A stretch of DNA of 64,000 bases, taken from NCBI RefSeq assembly GCF_006345805.1, contig NC_042999.1:43710001-43774000 (forward strand), read 5' to 3'. Under the pieces are notes generated by a model. That model was given only the letters and a program-made list of their open reading frames with translations. It did not search any database and was not told the DNA's origin. The position numbers were made by a program, and so were the translations under genes. Every line of letters starts with the position of its first letter. Positions within the stretch are counted from its first letter, which is position 1. Of the stretch, positions 1 through 12,305 are shown in pieces. This DNA comes from Octopus sinensis (taxonomy: Eukaryota).

Positions 1-51
1 ACACACACACACAAACATGCACACACACACATATCTATACATATATATGCT

Positions 52-97
<46 letters not shown>

Positions 98-1178
98 TAA
101 ACACACACATTTGCACACAGATACACACACATACATGCACACACTTATATGCACACATATATATGCACATACATACATACACTAGAGGATGTTTGCAGGG
201 TTGCCTAGGTACCAAATATATATAGAAACATTTTCTTGTTTAACTTAAATGACATAACTTACATAAATTTTTTACGTTTTGCTTTATGCATGTAATTATA
301 TTTGCATATGTTATTTATTATAATGTACATAAAGTTAAATTTTTCCAGGTTTCTGAGATCTATGAAGCTTTTGAGACTGCGTTTATTGATAATGTTTTTT
401 TTAGTTAAGAAAATACAATCTTTATGTTCTACTCTGTATATTTTCTTGTATTCTAAATTGAATTTCAACACATAAAACTGAAGCAATTCTAACAGAGATG
501 TAAATTTATTCAGTGAGACCTGTTAGTTTGATGACATTTCTTGTTCGGCAGTTTGGGACTCTGATGAAAATATATCTGTTTGGTTCAACACGTGAGCATG
601 CAACAGGGAGCTGACCACAAGAAAAACATGGACTTGTCAGTTCTACTTCAAAAAAAGTCTTGAGGGACTGTCCTTGAAACTTGTTTGATGGTCATTGTAG
701 AAGATAGTGACATTGGAAACTGGAGGTGTGTAAATTTCAATAGAATATCTGATAGGATGAAGGGAACGAGTGGGATGTAAGAATTTATCTTTGCACAACT
801 GTGAAAAATGGGTGGTTTTGATCACATGGGACATAAGAGTCTTGACATTTAGTCTTGCAGCATTATAGATTTTTGGTGCATCCAAATTTCATAACAACAT
901 AATGTGTGTTGTAGATTACAAAGGTTATGAGGTAGAACAACTGTTGTCTAAAAACATTTTCAAAAATTCTGTTGGATAATTGGCAGCATCTTCAAATACA
1001 ATGTGAACTGACTGGTACCACCTGGATTGGGGTGGTATCTGTTGAATGGTGGTGGTATTGAATCCTTCACCATGTCAATTTTAAGAGTAACGATGGTATG
1101 TTCAGAAAGCCTCTCAGCTTCTCTATAGTTCTGTGAGAGGCAGGGATAAACTTGTAATAATATTTCCTGAAAAATATT

Positions 1179-1580
1179 ACTCTTTTACTTGTTTCAGTCA
1201 TTTGACTGTGGCCATGCTGGAGCACCACCTTTAGTCGAGCAAATCGACCCCAGGACTTATTCTTTGTTATTCTAGTACTTATTCTATCAGTCTCTTTTGC
1301 CAAACTGCTAAGTGACGGGGGCATAAACACACCTGCATCAGTTGTCAAGCGATGCTAGGGGGACAAACACAGACACACAAACATACACACACACACATAT
1401 ATATACATATATACGACAGGCTTCTTTCAGTTTCCGTCTTCCAGATCTACTCACAAGGCTTTGGGTGGCCCAAGGCAAGAGTAGAGGACACTTGCCCAAG
1501 ATGCCATACAGTGGGACTGAACCCAGAACTATGTGGTTGGTAAGCAAACTACTTACCACACAGCCACTCTTGTGCCTATA
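1179..1580 (-). mobile_element. SINE-A (tRNA-like head, internal TA/TG microsatellite, AAAAGAGT tail), inserted in the Helitron
   Basis: Full family match; B-box-like ggttc..ggttcagtccc; several CpG sites decayed. Confidence 0.9.
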
Positions 1581-2145
1581 TTGATGATTTTTTTCACAAA
1601 TTTTTTATTTTGACATCTCCACTCTCAGTATCAATTGGTAATAAGCATTTTCCCAAATGAAAGAAAAATCTTTTGCTAACTGGGATGTTGAAACATCTCT
1701 GTTAAGTACAACTCTCATAAAGTTTCTTCTCTTCTTCACATGTAGGTTTCTTTGTGGTATACACACAACTCATTAGTAAGTGTATCCTTTGGGATGACTA
1801 GTAGAATTTATCTGAAATTACAAGAAAGCAAGAATAAAACTCCACCCACCATATTAGTATTACATCTGATATCTTTCAAGGTGCAAAGAAGAGTCTCAGA
1901 TGGAAATCTGTGAAATATTGTGCACTCATCTCATATAGTCATTTTAGTCTGCTTTAGAACCTTGACCTGTCCAGATTCTTTGTCAGTATTGCATGCAGAA
2001 CTGTCATAATGTGCAAGGTTGAGTAGCAGCTTAAAAGCAGAATGAGCAGTCTTGCTACCTGTAATCAAAATTTCTGCAGTTCCTGACAAGGTCACAGCAT
2101 TAACAATCTGCTTGAGTGAATGAAACTTTTACCAAAATTAGGTTA

Positions 2146-2524
2146 TTCTTTTACTTGTTTCAGTCATTTGACGGTGGCCATGCTGGAGCACCACCTTTAG
2201 TCAAATCAAATCGCCCCCAGGACTTATTCTTTGTAAGCCTAGTACTTATTCTATTGTTCTCTTTTGCTGAACTGCTAAGATACGGGGACTTAAACACATC
2301 AGCATCGGTTGTCAAGTAATGTTGGGGGGACAAACACAGATACACAACATATGCACACACATACATATATATATATATATACATATATATGATGGGCTTC
2401 TTTCAGTTTCCAGCTACCAAATCCACTCACAAGGCTTTGGCCAGCCTGAGGCTATAGTAGAAGACACTTGCCCAAGGTGCCATGCAGTGGCTGGTAAGCA
2501 ATCTACTTACCACACAGCCACTCC
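2146..2524 (-). mobile_element. SINE-A with a deletion in the head, inserted in the Helitron
   Basis: Homologous to 8900-9308; Helitron helicase motifs resume on both sides. Confidence 0.9.
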
Positions 2525-3198
2525 TTTTTTGATCAAATAATGTTGACCAAAATGTTTTGCCTGCTCCACCAGATGCATCAAGAAAAACCATTCCTCTTGA
2601 GTTAGTTGTCATCAATTAGTTGATCCATTCATAAGCTTTTTTGTTCAACTGGTAATAAAGAATTATTCATTTTGGTGGACATGCTGTTCATGTTGTTGAA
2701 TGCCATAGCTCATAGATTAAAGAACCGTTCAACTGAGAACTGCAGCTGCAGTTTGCATTTGAGCTAGCTCGCCACACAGTTCAAAATCCTTGCCAGTCAT
2801 GAACTGTGCAGTATTTTTAGTGACAGTCTATACTTGATAAACCCTAAGTGTGTTTTTGTTTCAGTCTTGATAAACCCAAGTGTGTTTTTTTATTTTCAGA
2901 TATCAGCATGATATTCCCTATCATGCTATACTAGTGTCTGTGCCAAAGTTACTGATAAATAGATGGTAAGCGGACACAAAATTATAGAAATGATAGAAAA
3001 GAGAATCATCTTGTTTGGAGAATATAAGATTTCTGTCTCTTCCAAGGTGCTTTTACAGTCTGAGTCATCTTCCAAGAGGCATCTCATTTGGCAAGCATTT
3101 CAGTATGAAGCACAGACATATCAACTGATAGTTTTGGTTCTTGGAATCGGGATGGACCATGAGTATTGCATAGGAACTACCTGAGATTTAAATCAATT

Positions 3199-3630
3199 AC
3201 TCTTTTACACTTTTACTTGTTTCAGTCATTTGACTGTGGCCATGCTGGAGCACCGCCTTCAGTGAAGCAAATCGACCCCAGGACTTATTCTTTCGAAGCC
3301 TAGTACTTATTCTATTGGTCCCTTTTGCCGAACCGCTAAGTTACGGAGACGTAAACACACCAGCATCGGTTGTCAAGCGATGTTGGGGGGACAAACACAG
3401 ACACACAAACATATACACACACACACACATACATACATATATATATATATATATACACATATATATGCATATATACGACGGGCTTCTTTCAGTTTCCATC
3501 TATCAAATCCACTCACAAGGCTTTGGTCGGCCTGAGGCTATAGAAGACACTTGCCCAAGGTACTATGTAGTAGGACTGAACCCGAAACCATGTGGTTGGT
3601 AAGCAAGCTCCTAACCATACAGCCACTCCT
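3199..3630 (-). mobile_element. SINE-A
   Basis: Full-length family match. Confidence 0.9.
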
Positions 3631-3689
3631 TCCTCATTCAAAAACCATATCTTCAAAAAATTTGTATGCAATTTAAAATAACAGGGAAG

Positions 3690-4020
3690 ATAGGCACTCC
3701 ATCAGTTACAATGATGAAGGTTCTACTTGATTCGATCAATGGAACAGCTTGCTTGCAAAATCAAGGTGTAAGTGGCTGAACACTCCAGAAATGCATACCC
3801 TTAATGTAGTTCTCAGGGAGATTCAGTGTGACACACAGTGTAACAATGCTGGCCCTTTTGAAATGCATGTACAACTCGTTTTTGACAGCAGAGTAGATTG
3901 GAACAATGTGAAATAAAGTGTCTTGCTCAAGGATGCAATGCGTGGCCAGGAATCAAGCTAACAATCTTACAATTGTGAATTAAATATCCTAACCACTAAG
4001 TCACACACCTTCACATTCTT
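3690..4020 (-). mobile_element. Old tRNA-headed SINE with CORE-like body
   Basis: Minus strand: gtgacttagtggttagg head, then ccttgagcaagacactttatttcac body shared with 12333-12582 and 27835-28155. Confidence 0.65.
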
Positions 4021-4046
4021 TCATTGTTTTACATTAAATTTATGCC

Positions 4047-4128
4047 CACGGGCATATGGTGTAGTGGTTAAGAGTGCCGGCTACTAACCCCAAGATTCCG
4101 AGTTCGATTCCAAGCAGTGACCTGAACA
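4047..4128 (+). mobile_element. SINE-D tRNA-like head followed by (AAT)n
   Basis: A-box-like tggtgtagtggtt and B-box gagttcgattcc; acceptor stem does not close. Confidence 0.7.
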
Positions 4129-4164
4129 TTAATAATAATAATAATGATGATAATAATAATAATA

Positions 4165-4718
4165 AATGCCCTGATGCAGTACCAGGCAGTGGCTCTCATG
4201 GCTTCTAATCTTAACTGATTGGAAGTGTTATCATGTACATTCTTTTGTCTTGGTATAAAAGATGGGCTACAGCAAATATTCTGCTCAATACCACAGATTT
4301 GCTTATCAGTTGTTTGACCTTAACCAGTTGAGCATGTCCCTTAGTTGCTGACAATATGTGCTTCTCTGATCACAAGCAGAAGTAGCGGGGAGAGCATCAT
4401 AGCCATGTGTTGAGAGGGATTCTTTGGGGTTTGAATGATTCACCTCTGGAAGCATGGGTGTTTCGTTCAACATCCTTTATCAACCCTTATTCAAAGACCT
4501 TTTGAGCGGGATGGGTTACTCGACCAGAAGAAAATTCTAACTGGGTCCCACCTGCAAGGTCATGTTCTGTTTGTCTTGATATGAGATCACCATGTCGCAC
4601 ACACATGGTTGTGATGCATGTGCCTAGTGTACCCTTATTAGACGGGTAGTCATGATGGGTATACTGGGCTTCATATATTTTACCCCAGTGTCACTTTGAT
4701 GGCATGCACTGTTCTCTC
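4165..4718. mobile_element. Non-coding element of about 555 bp embedded in (AAT)n, copy 1
   Basis: End-to-end reverse-complement homologue of 47297-47851; both copies are flanked by AAT/TTA repeats. Confidence 0.85.
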
Positions 4719-4741
4719 AATAATAATAATAATAATAATAA

Positions 4742-4885
4742 TTACATCTAAAAATACCTTAGGAATGAGAACCCAGGTTCAGAATTTTCCCAAGACATCT
4801 GATGAAGGCTGGAGTGTATATCAGCAGAAATGTGTTAACAACAAACAAGATGAGGACAAATATCCGTTGAATGTAAATAATTAAA
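4742..4885 (+). mobile_element. Penelope-like terminal fragment with a degenerate hammerhead motif
   Basis: gacat CTGATGA a ggctg..cagca GAAAT gtgtt at 4794-4836. Confidence 0.5.
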
Positions 4886-4960
4886 ATTTATGTATATTGA
4901 TATCAAATCACGTTTACTTAAAATGTTCTACCACAGTCTGTAATGATATTGGGAAACCAT

Positions 4961-5330
4961 TTACCTTTCTATCTGTCACTTGTTTCAGTCACTGGACTGT
5001 GGCCATGTTGGAGCACTACCTTGAAAGGTTTCAATTGAAAACATTGATGATTTTTAAGTCTGATGCTTATTCTATCCGTCACATTTACCGAACCACCAAG
5101 TTACAGGACATAAACAAACTAACACCAAATGTCATGCAGTGGGTGGACATACACACGCATACACACACACACACACACAATGAGCTTCCATCAACCAAAT
5201 TCACTCACAAGGCATTGATCAGCCTGAGGCATCAGTAGTAGATACTTTGCCCAAGGTGCCATGCAGTGGGACTGAAACCAAACCCATTTGGTTGCAAAGT
5301 GAGCTTCTTAACCACACAGCTATGTCTGCA
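4961..5330 (-). mobile_element. Old, heavily mutated SINE-A
   Basis: Recognisable cttgtttcagtca..gactgtggccatg and cccaaggtgccatgcagtgggactgaa segments. Confidence 0.8.
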
Positions 5331-5800
5331 GCTATTTTATTTCATGCAAAGTATTCAGAGTGTGTATATTAGAACACTGTTGTCATTAAAATTCCTCGTT
5401 AGAAAGTTAGTATATACTTTCAAATATCATCAAAGATAGAAAATAATTTATACTTCATTGTTTTCACATGTTAATTTGTATATACTGCTAAAATATTCAG
5501 GTATTGTGTTTTATGAATTGAACTGTAAATTCTTATATAGTTTGAAATATATTCAGATATAAAAAATTATAGCTTCATATATATATAACATAGAACTTGA
5601 ATATTTTAGGAGTATAAACAAAATTGAGAAAGAATAGATTATTTTCTGTTGCCTGTTGCATTTGAAACTGTGTACTGACTTTTCAAAGATATACCTTTTA
5701 AATGCGGAACTATAAGCATTCCAAATATATTCTGTCTGTCCTCTCTTCTGTGTGTGTATATATATATTTATATATGTATGTATATATATAATATACATAT

Positions 5801-5896
5801 ATACATGTTTCTGTATGTATGTATATACATGTTTCTGTATGTATGTATATACATGTTTCTGTATGCATGTATATACATGTTTCTGTATGTATGTAT
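5801..5896. repeat. 24-bp minisatellite, 4 copies
   Basis: atacatgtttctgtatgtatgtat starts at 5801, 5825, 5849 and 5873. Confidence 0.9.
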
Positions 5897-5908
5897 GATT
5901 ATATATGT

Positions 5909-6320
5909 ATGTGAAGTATGTTTGCCACTTAAATGTGGCTAACCACTAAGGGTGGATGCTACTGTAGCTTGTAGCCCCAGGAGAACATCTTCTCCAGCTG
6001 GCTATTGACACACTTTCTGTGCCCTATCAGTATTTGCAGAGGGAAGCAATCCTTCCCATCATCATATTTGCATTGGGACCTCTTCGCATCAAAAACCGGT
6101 GATTGTCGTGCGCTGACAACGGGTAAATACCCAGAAACCCAGGTCCGTGCATATCACGTCAGGTCGACGATGGGAAGGATGGCTTCCCTTTGCAAATACT
6201 GATAGGGCACAGAAAGTGTGTCAATAGCCAGCTGGAGAAGATGTTCTCCTGGGGCTACAAGCTGCAGTAGCATCCACCCTTAGTGGTTAGCCACATTTAA
6301 GTGGCAAATATACTTCACAT
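5909..6320. mobile_element. Foldback/MITE-like element with inverted arms of about 155 bp
   Basis: 5909-6063 is the reverse complement of 6166-6320 with about 5 mismatches; spacer about 102 bp. Confidence 0.85.
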
Positions 6321-6639
6321 TGTTTGCAGCTACTGTTTATACCTCGTTCAGAGATTTATTATTGCTTATATATACATAGTAAATAAACGAACATGTATCA
6401 GAAAAGAAGTACACTCTTAAGAATAAAGTAGTTAGTTAGTTATTATGACAAAAATTTTGTCTTGGACGTAGAGTTACCCAAGATTTCACATCCACAAGGC
6501 AAAGCCTTGTGAACAGCTCATCAGACTCTATACAGACGCACACACATATGTATGTATGTATATGCTTGGAAAATGGACTTTAAATGATGATGTGTGTACA
6601 CACGCACACATCAAAACACACACATATACTCACGCATGC

Positions 6640-6767
6640 TGTGCACTCATTCATTTTAGTCTGCTTCAGAACCTCTGCTTGGGCAGATTCTTCGTATCGC
6701 ATACAGTATTGTCACTACATGTAAGGTTGAATAGCAGCTTAAAAGTACAATGAGCAATCTTGTTACC
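6640..6767 (-). mobile_element. Second short Helitron helicase fragment
   Basis: Diverged paralogue of about 1920-2058 (shared gtgcactcat, cattttagtctgct, aaggttga.tagcagcttaaaag, aatgagca.tcttg). Confidence 0.75.
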
Positions 6768-8139
6768 AATGTATGTGTATGGGGGAGGAGTGTGTAAAGG
6801 TCATTCAACGCTTAAGACACCATTATGACATATTGACACCGTTATGACAACTATCTGATGATCTAACGATTTTTGCCCATATTTAGTTCCTTTTTCTTTT
6901 ATAACTGCAGCTGCCAGGACATAATAATATTTTGATATGCTACGATAATTCTGCCTTTGAAAATTAAAATTAATGTTGGAGTTGATTATTTCCAATGAAT
7001 TCTACACCAGAATTTATCTCGGTCGGGTTAAGTGTATAGATTAAGATTAGTTAATATTAAAAGTTGACTAAGCAAGCAAGAGAGATAACTCCGAACAGTA
7101 TTTATTAGGCTTAATCAGCAAGTGTTGCTTACATCTTTACTTGTACTTATTGTAGAAACTAGCTTGCTGGTTTGAAAAACAAAAAAGAAAAGAAAAAAAG
7201 AAGAGAAAAAATGATTATCTTATTGCTAGTCACTGATATTATTTTATCGATTCCGGGAAAATGAAAATAATATCACCTTCAAAGGTGTTTTACGGTAAAC
7301 AAAAAGCTCCGTATCAGACACCATGAACCATATGAGTTAACGGCTGTTTGAAAAGATAAACAGGATCTATTGTCACACAATCCAGGTGTATGTATATTGC
7401 CTGTACTTGAGGAATGTACCGTATAGTAATCGAACTGTCCTGAAATATACCATGAATATAAGAAGAAAAGATCCGTCCAACGGTTGTTTTGTTTATGGAA
7501 AGATTTTAAAGTTGTTTTCGTTGTTGTTATTGTAAGTCCTTGGTGAGCATGATCAAAAGAATTTCTAGCTACGACCTTTCTTTTTCAGACGTAGTATATT
7601 CCATTAATTTTTTTTTAAGACGATAGACCAGATGCTAAAAAAAGATTTGGCTACTATTTCTAGCGGATATCGAACGCGTAGCATCTCTTTCGTTTGTTTA
7701 TCGAAACTACTCTTAATAATAATACTCTTGTGCTAAACGTCTGCGAATTCTACTTTCTCGTGATATTTGTGTAGATAGATCTAAGTAGATGAGATAGCTT
7801 GGGAATAAAATAGTGTTTCGGTAAACTCGTGGTAGTTTACTGTCGGCAGAAATTGTCTAATGAAATTCGTAAATTTTGATAAAGTACACAGGCCAAGTGC
7901 TTCGCTAAATTGAGAAAAGCATTTTTTTTTTGTTGACTTCATCAAACCTATCCGTGTCACTTATGACGGCTTTCTTCGGATAGAGAATATTTTTCCTAAC
8001 TACAACAGAAATATTTTCCCGGAATATCACGAATGTCGTGTACCCACGCTATACAGAGACTGTTTACAGGCTGAATAACATTTTAAATTCAAATTAAGGT
8101 GCTATAACATTTAGACGTCTATTGTAAACGTGTAGAAAC

Positions 8140-8172
<33 letters not shown>

Positions 8173-8658
8173 ACGAAGTACTTAACATGTATTACAAGTT
8201 TTCGAGAAATGTTTCAGAGAATCCTTGAGCGGTATACACATAATTAAAAAAAATTAAGGGAAATAATTCTAAATAGCTTAATCTTATATAGGGGAAGCTA
8301 CTCTGATGCTAATTCGTGTTTCTTGCAAGAAAACGGGATTGTGGATAATTTATTTTACCTCGACAAGCGCTTTTACTAAAAATCGTATCTTGAAATACAT
8401 TATTACATTTTGTAAAAAAAAATATTTGTGTCGATAATTAAGCACACTTTCTGGTTGTGATTCTTTTTCAGTTACTTATTTGTTAGTTTTTTTTTCTGAG
8501 TATTTAATCATTTTAGTTAAGTTATGTTTGCCTCTCAACTAAATACTTAAAGAATAAATCAAGGAATAATAGTTTCAAGCGATAGATTTGATTTTTAGTA
8601 ATGTGGAAAATAATGCTGGTATTTGATATATTTTAAGCACTATTAGGTGATTCGTACT

Positions 8659-8780
8659 GTTGTCATAGCAACAAATGATGACGTCCTTGCTGCCATGTAG
8701 CAGAGTGAAAGACGAAAGGAGGAATAAAACTAAGTTAGTAATAGAAGACAGTGAGAAGGGGAAACGAGCGGTGGGGGCGG
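8659..8780. promoter_or_regulatory. Candidate promoter/enhancer: RFX X-box, CRE-like site and GC box
   Basis: GTTGTCATAGCAAC at 8659-8672, TGACGTC at 8679-8685 and GGGGGCGG at 8773-8780, in non-repeat sequence. Confidence 0.35.
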
Positions 8781-8899
8781 TTAACATTTCTGTAGTGTAA
8801 ATTTATTAAAATACATTAAATATTAGTGTCAAATGTAGAGGTTTATACTCTATTGATTCCTTATACATGCATATGGTTTCGAATTGGAATGTTAGGTAT

Positions 8900-9102
8900 A
8901 CTCTTTTACTTGTTTCAGTCATTTGACTGCGGCCATGCTGGAGCACCGCCTTTAGTCGAGCAAATCGACCCCGGGACTTATTCTTTGTAAGCCCAGTACT
9001 TATTCTATCGGTCTCTTTTGCCGAACCGCTAAGTGACGGGGACGTAAACACATCAGCATCGGTTGTCAAGCAATGCTAGGGGGACAAACACAAACACACA
9101 GA

Positions 9103-9143
<41 letters not shown>

Positions 9144-9308
9144 GACTGGCTTCTTTCAGTTTTCGTCTACCAAATCCACTCACAAGGCATTGGTCGGCCC
9201 GGGGCTATAGTAGAAGACACTTGCCCAAGGTGCCACGCAGTGGGACTGAACCCGGAACCATGTGGTTGGTAAGCAAGCTACTTACCACACAGCCACTCCT
9301 GTGCCCTA
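8900..9308 (-). mobile_element. SINE-A, young (CpGs intact)
   Basis: Full length and close to the family consensus seen across copies. Confidence 0.95.
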
Positions 9309-9519
9309 TAGTTAATTAAATCGAAAACATTTAACTGGTTCTTTATTTTATTGGCTCCAGAAGGATAAAAAGCTAAATCATCCACAGCAGGATTTGAACT
9401 CAGAGTGCAAAGGCGTAAAGATACGCAACTAAAAAATATTTGTCTTTCTCTGATTGTACCAATCCTCGACCCCTGAAGTTTGAAAATCCAAACCATAGCC
9501 GTCACTCAGGAGCGAGTAT

Positions 9520-9790
9520 GACTCGATAGTATGTACCATTATTTCGCTTATTGCTTCAGGTGCTTACGTAATTGCGAGTAGATACACACGCTCTCTCGGC
9601 CCTTTTACGGAAGATCGAGCATGTGAAAGCTGGTGGGAGAGGGGTCTTCATCAGCACACGGACACGGCTAGTACTCATTTCCGCGAAATGAAGAGCTTCG
9701 CCCAAAGAGACAACGTGCCGTGCGATCTAGGAATCGAACCCACAACCTTATGATCATGAGCACATCATCCAAACAACTCGGCCATGCTCC
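9520..9790 (-). mobile_element. Old tRNA-headed SINE
   Basis: Minus-strand head with B-box gggttcgattcct, followed by a CORE-like body. Confidence 0.55.
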
Positions 9791-10384
9791 TAAAAATTAA
9801 AACTGTATTAAATAAGAGAACCACAAAACAAGGAACCAACGAAAAATCCTCTACGTATTTGCTTCTTTTTTTTTGCTAGAAATAACATCCAAGTTAACCC
9901 CCAAATAGTAGCTTTGTCGTCTTAAATGAAGAAAAGAGACATTAGATAATGTAGTCCTAGATACACTATCTCTAGAAAAAGTAAGATGGTCAAGAATGGA
10001 AAGTCTTTATTCATAGGTCTGTTTAATTACAGTTGGAGCAAAATATCATCATCATCATCATCAAAACAACAGTAGCAGCAGCAACAAAATGAACGACAGA
10101 ACAACATATCACTAAATCGATAAAATCCAAATGGTTTCTAGAGAATGCTAAGATATTATTGTTGCTCAGCTTTACAAGAGAACGACTATTTGATCTTATG
10201 TCCGTGTCTTAGCCATGGAATAAGGAACAGAAACCTCATTGCAAACACATCCAGTAGATAATTAAGTTCTAACAAGTAAACTTTACTGCTACCTTACTGA
10301 TTAATATAATACTTCATTTGTCTTTCAGTAATTAACCTTTCACTGCTTCATCTCGGCTTCTTGGAAGATGAAAGTGAGTGAAGC

Positions 10385-10757
10385 ATATTTCTTTAACTAC
10401 CCACAAGGGGCTGAACACAGAGAGGACAAACAAGGACAGACAAACGGATTAAGTTGTTTACATCGACCCCAGTGCGTAACTGGTACTTAACTTATCGACC
10501 CCGAAAGGATGAAAGGCAAAGTCGACCTCGGCGGAATTTAAACTCAGAATGTAGCGGCAGGCGAAATACCTATTTCTTTACTACCCACAAGAGGCTAAAC
10601 ACAGACAGGCAAACGGATTAAGTCGATTATATCGACCCCAGTGCGTAACTGGTACTTATTTAATCGACCCCGAAAGGATGAAAGGCAAAGTCGACCTCGG
10701 TGGAATTTGAACTCAGAACGTAGCGGCGTGCTAACGTTTCCGCCAGCTCGCCGCCTT
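10385..10757 (-). mobile_element. SINE-B head-to-tail dimer
   Basis: Two units joined at gaaatac|ctatttc; flanked by the 11-bp direct repeat aagtgagtgaa (10372-10382, 10758-10768). Confidence 0.9.
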
Positions 10758-11294
10758 AAGTGAGTGAAACTTGATGAGCAGTAAAGGCAGCAGCATCAGT
10801 AGATTCGATCCCCGTTCCAAACTATTGAAAAGACCATTGTGAAATCAACACTAAATACTTATTAATCTAATTCCATATGCCTTATTTATTTATCCATTCA
10901 TTCATTAATAGTCCAAGCTGGATTGGTATTGAAGCAAATATAATCAGGGTGATAACTTTGCACCATTATGTAAATCAGTTCGTACTTTGACACTTATACG
11001 TCTGCACATCAATAAGTAGGCTTTCCCTATTTTAGATTGATAACGAGAGGCGAAGGAACCCTGATGGGATCTAGATTAAGCAAAGCAATCAATTCTATTT
11101 TCATTCCAAGCAACAACAAAAAAAAAAATCCCCCATCCTTTTTTTTTGCCTTTATACTTTCACAGTGAGACTAAACATACATACAGATATCACTCCATAA
11201 AGTCATTAATTTATAAACAACGCTGTATTTGCATTCTAATAATTAGATTATTTTAATTTTTATTATTATTGTTATTATTATTATTATTATTATT

Positions 11295-11420
11295 CCGTCA
11301 AGGTCGACTTTACCTTTCATCCTTTCGGGGTTAATAAATTAAGTACCAGTTGAACACTGGAGTCGATGTAATCAGCTCATCCCATCACCCATATTTGCTG
11401 TCCTTGAGGCAAAAATTTGA
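11295..11420 (+). mobile_element. SINE-B fragment
   Basis: gtcgactttacctttcatcctttcgggg core. Confidence 0.75.
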
Positions 11421-11462
11421 AATGGAATCATCATCATCATCATCATCATCATTATTATTATA

Positions 11463-12305
11463 TTAGCGGGCTAGTGGAGGGAAGGAGCGACGATATTCAC
11501 GGGGAAACTCTGGGCGTCGTTGAAGATCAACTAACCGGTCTGTTTCGGAGAACTTTCGGGCCTGGGCCTATGGATAACTTCCAGAAATCCTTTCCGTGGC
11601 AGTGTTACCGAGGGGCGCTGCCTGTTCGAGATAAATTTTACAGGCACAGAAGTGCCGTCAGCCGGGCCTGCCTGAAATGCGCCCAAAGCGATGAAACCGT
11701 TCTACACGCCCTAGTCCAGTGCCCGAGTACTGCTGACCTGTAGGTTTATGTCGAACACCTTCTGTCGCGTGTAGGACGGATCCGGCTATCAGCTGAATCC
11801 ATTGTGAGGATTGCCCGGCCGCCTTCTTTGGGCCGGGAGGGGCAGGCAATTTTTATTTGTCTGGTGGCTGTAGCGAAAGAGGTAGTATGGCGGACCCGTT
11901 TGAAAGGGCTAAAGACAGACACTTTTCTCTTTGGCCAAGCCCATATCAACTTTTTCAAGTTTCACTTGAAAAGGAAGTTGAGGGTGGAGAGGGAAGTGTT
12001 GCCTTGTAGCAAGTTTGTTCAAAGGTGAGTGTATGTTGGAAGAATGGCCAGTGTGAAGGAGCCAATTCTGAACATGCACCTATAAACAAAAGAAAGGCTT
12101 TTGCCCTATTGATCAGGCACTCGTGGCTTTTCTGGGGTTTTCTACGAGGACCTTAAAGCGCCTCCCCTATTAAATTTGTTTAATTTTAATTGTTATATAT
12201 AATGTTTATATGCTGTAAAATCATTGTATCGTCCTGTTTTTGTCTTTTATATTGTTGCATGTCATTTAATGTTATTATATGTGAGCCCTTGTGGCTAATA
12301 ACAGA
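11463..12305 (+). mobile_element. L1/Tx1-type LINE, 5'-truncated (zf-RVT C-terminus plus 3'UTR)
   Basis: WQCYRGALPVRDKFYRH..CLKC..DETVLHALVQCP (C-x2-C-x8-H-x4-C); homologous to 18790-19895; lies between TTA/TCA repeats. Confidence 0.85.

Larger units (their letters stand above)
540..3190 (-). mobile_element. Decayed Helitron Rep/Helicase (PIF1-like helicase) coding remnant, split by two SINE-A insertions
   Basis: Manual minus-strand translation gives Helitron motifs in order, with stops and frameshifts: CQMRCLLEDDSD (about 3080), VFLDASGGAGKTF (Walker A, about 2560), TGSKTAHSAFKL, DECT (Walker B), YPTEFL, NLDAPK, LQFPMSL..MTI and PCFSCGQLPVACSRV (about 600). Confidence 0.9.

Noticed and set aside
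259-486. 75-aa minus-strand ORF next to the Helitron
   Set aside because: Very AT-rich with no motif; consistent with a chance ORF.
1067-1584. Recurring ORFs such as MTTDAGVF.., MSSDARGT.. and ..VEDTCPRCHAVGLNPEPCGW
   Set aside because: They recur because they are frames through SINE-A copies, not a gene family.
2900-2965. Plus-strand 66-nt exon candidate (ttttcag acceptor, gtaagc donor, one open frame)
   Set aside because: Lies within the minus-strand Helitron remnant and has no partner exons or recognisable peptide; probably chance, though exonisation could be tested by RNA-seq.
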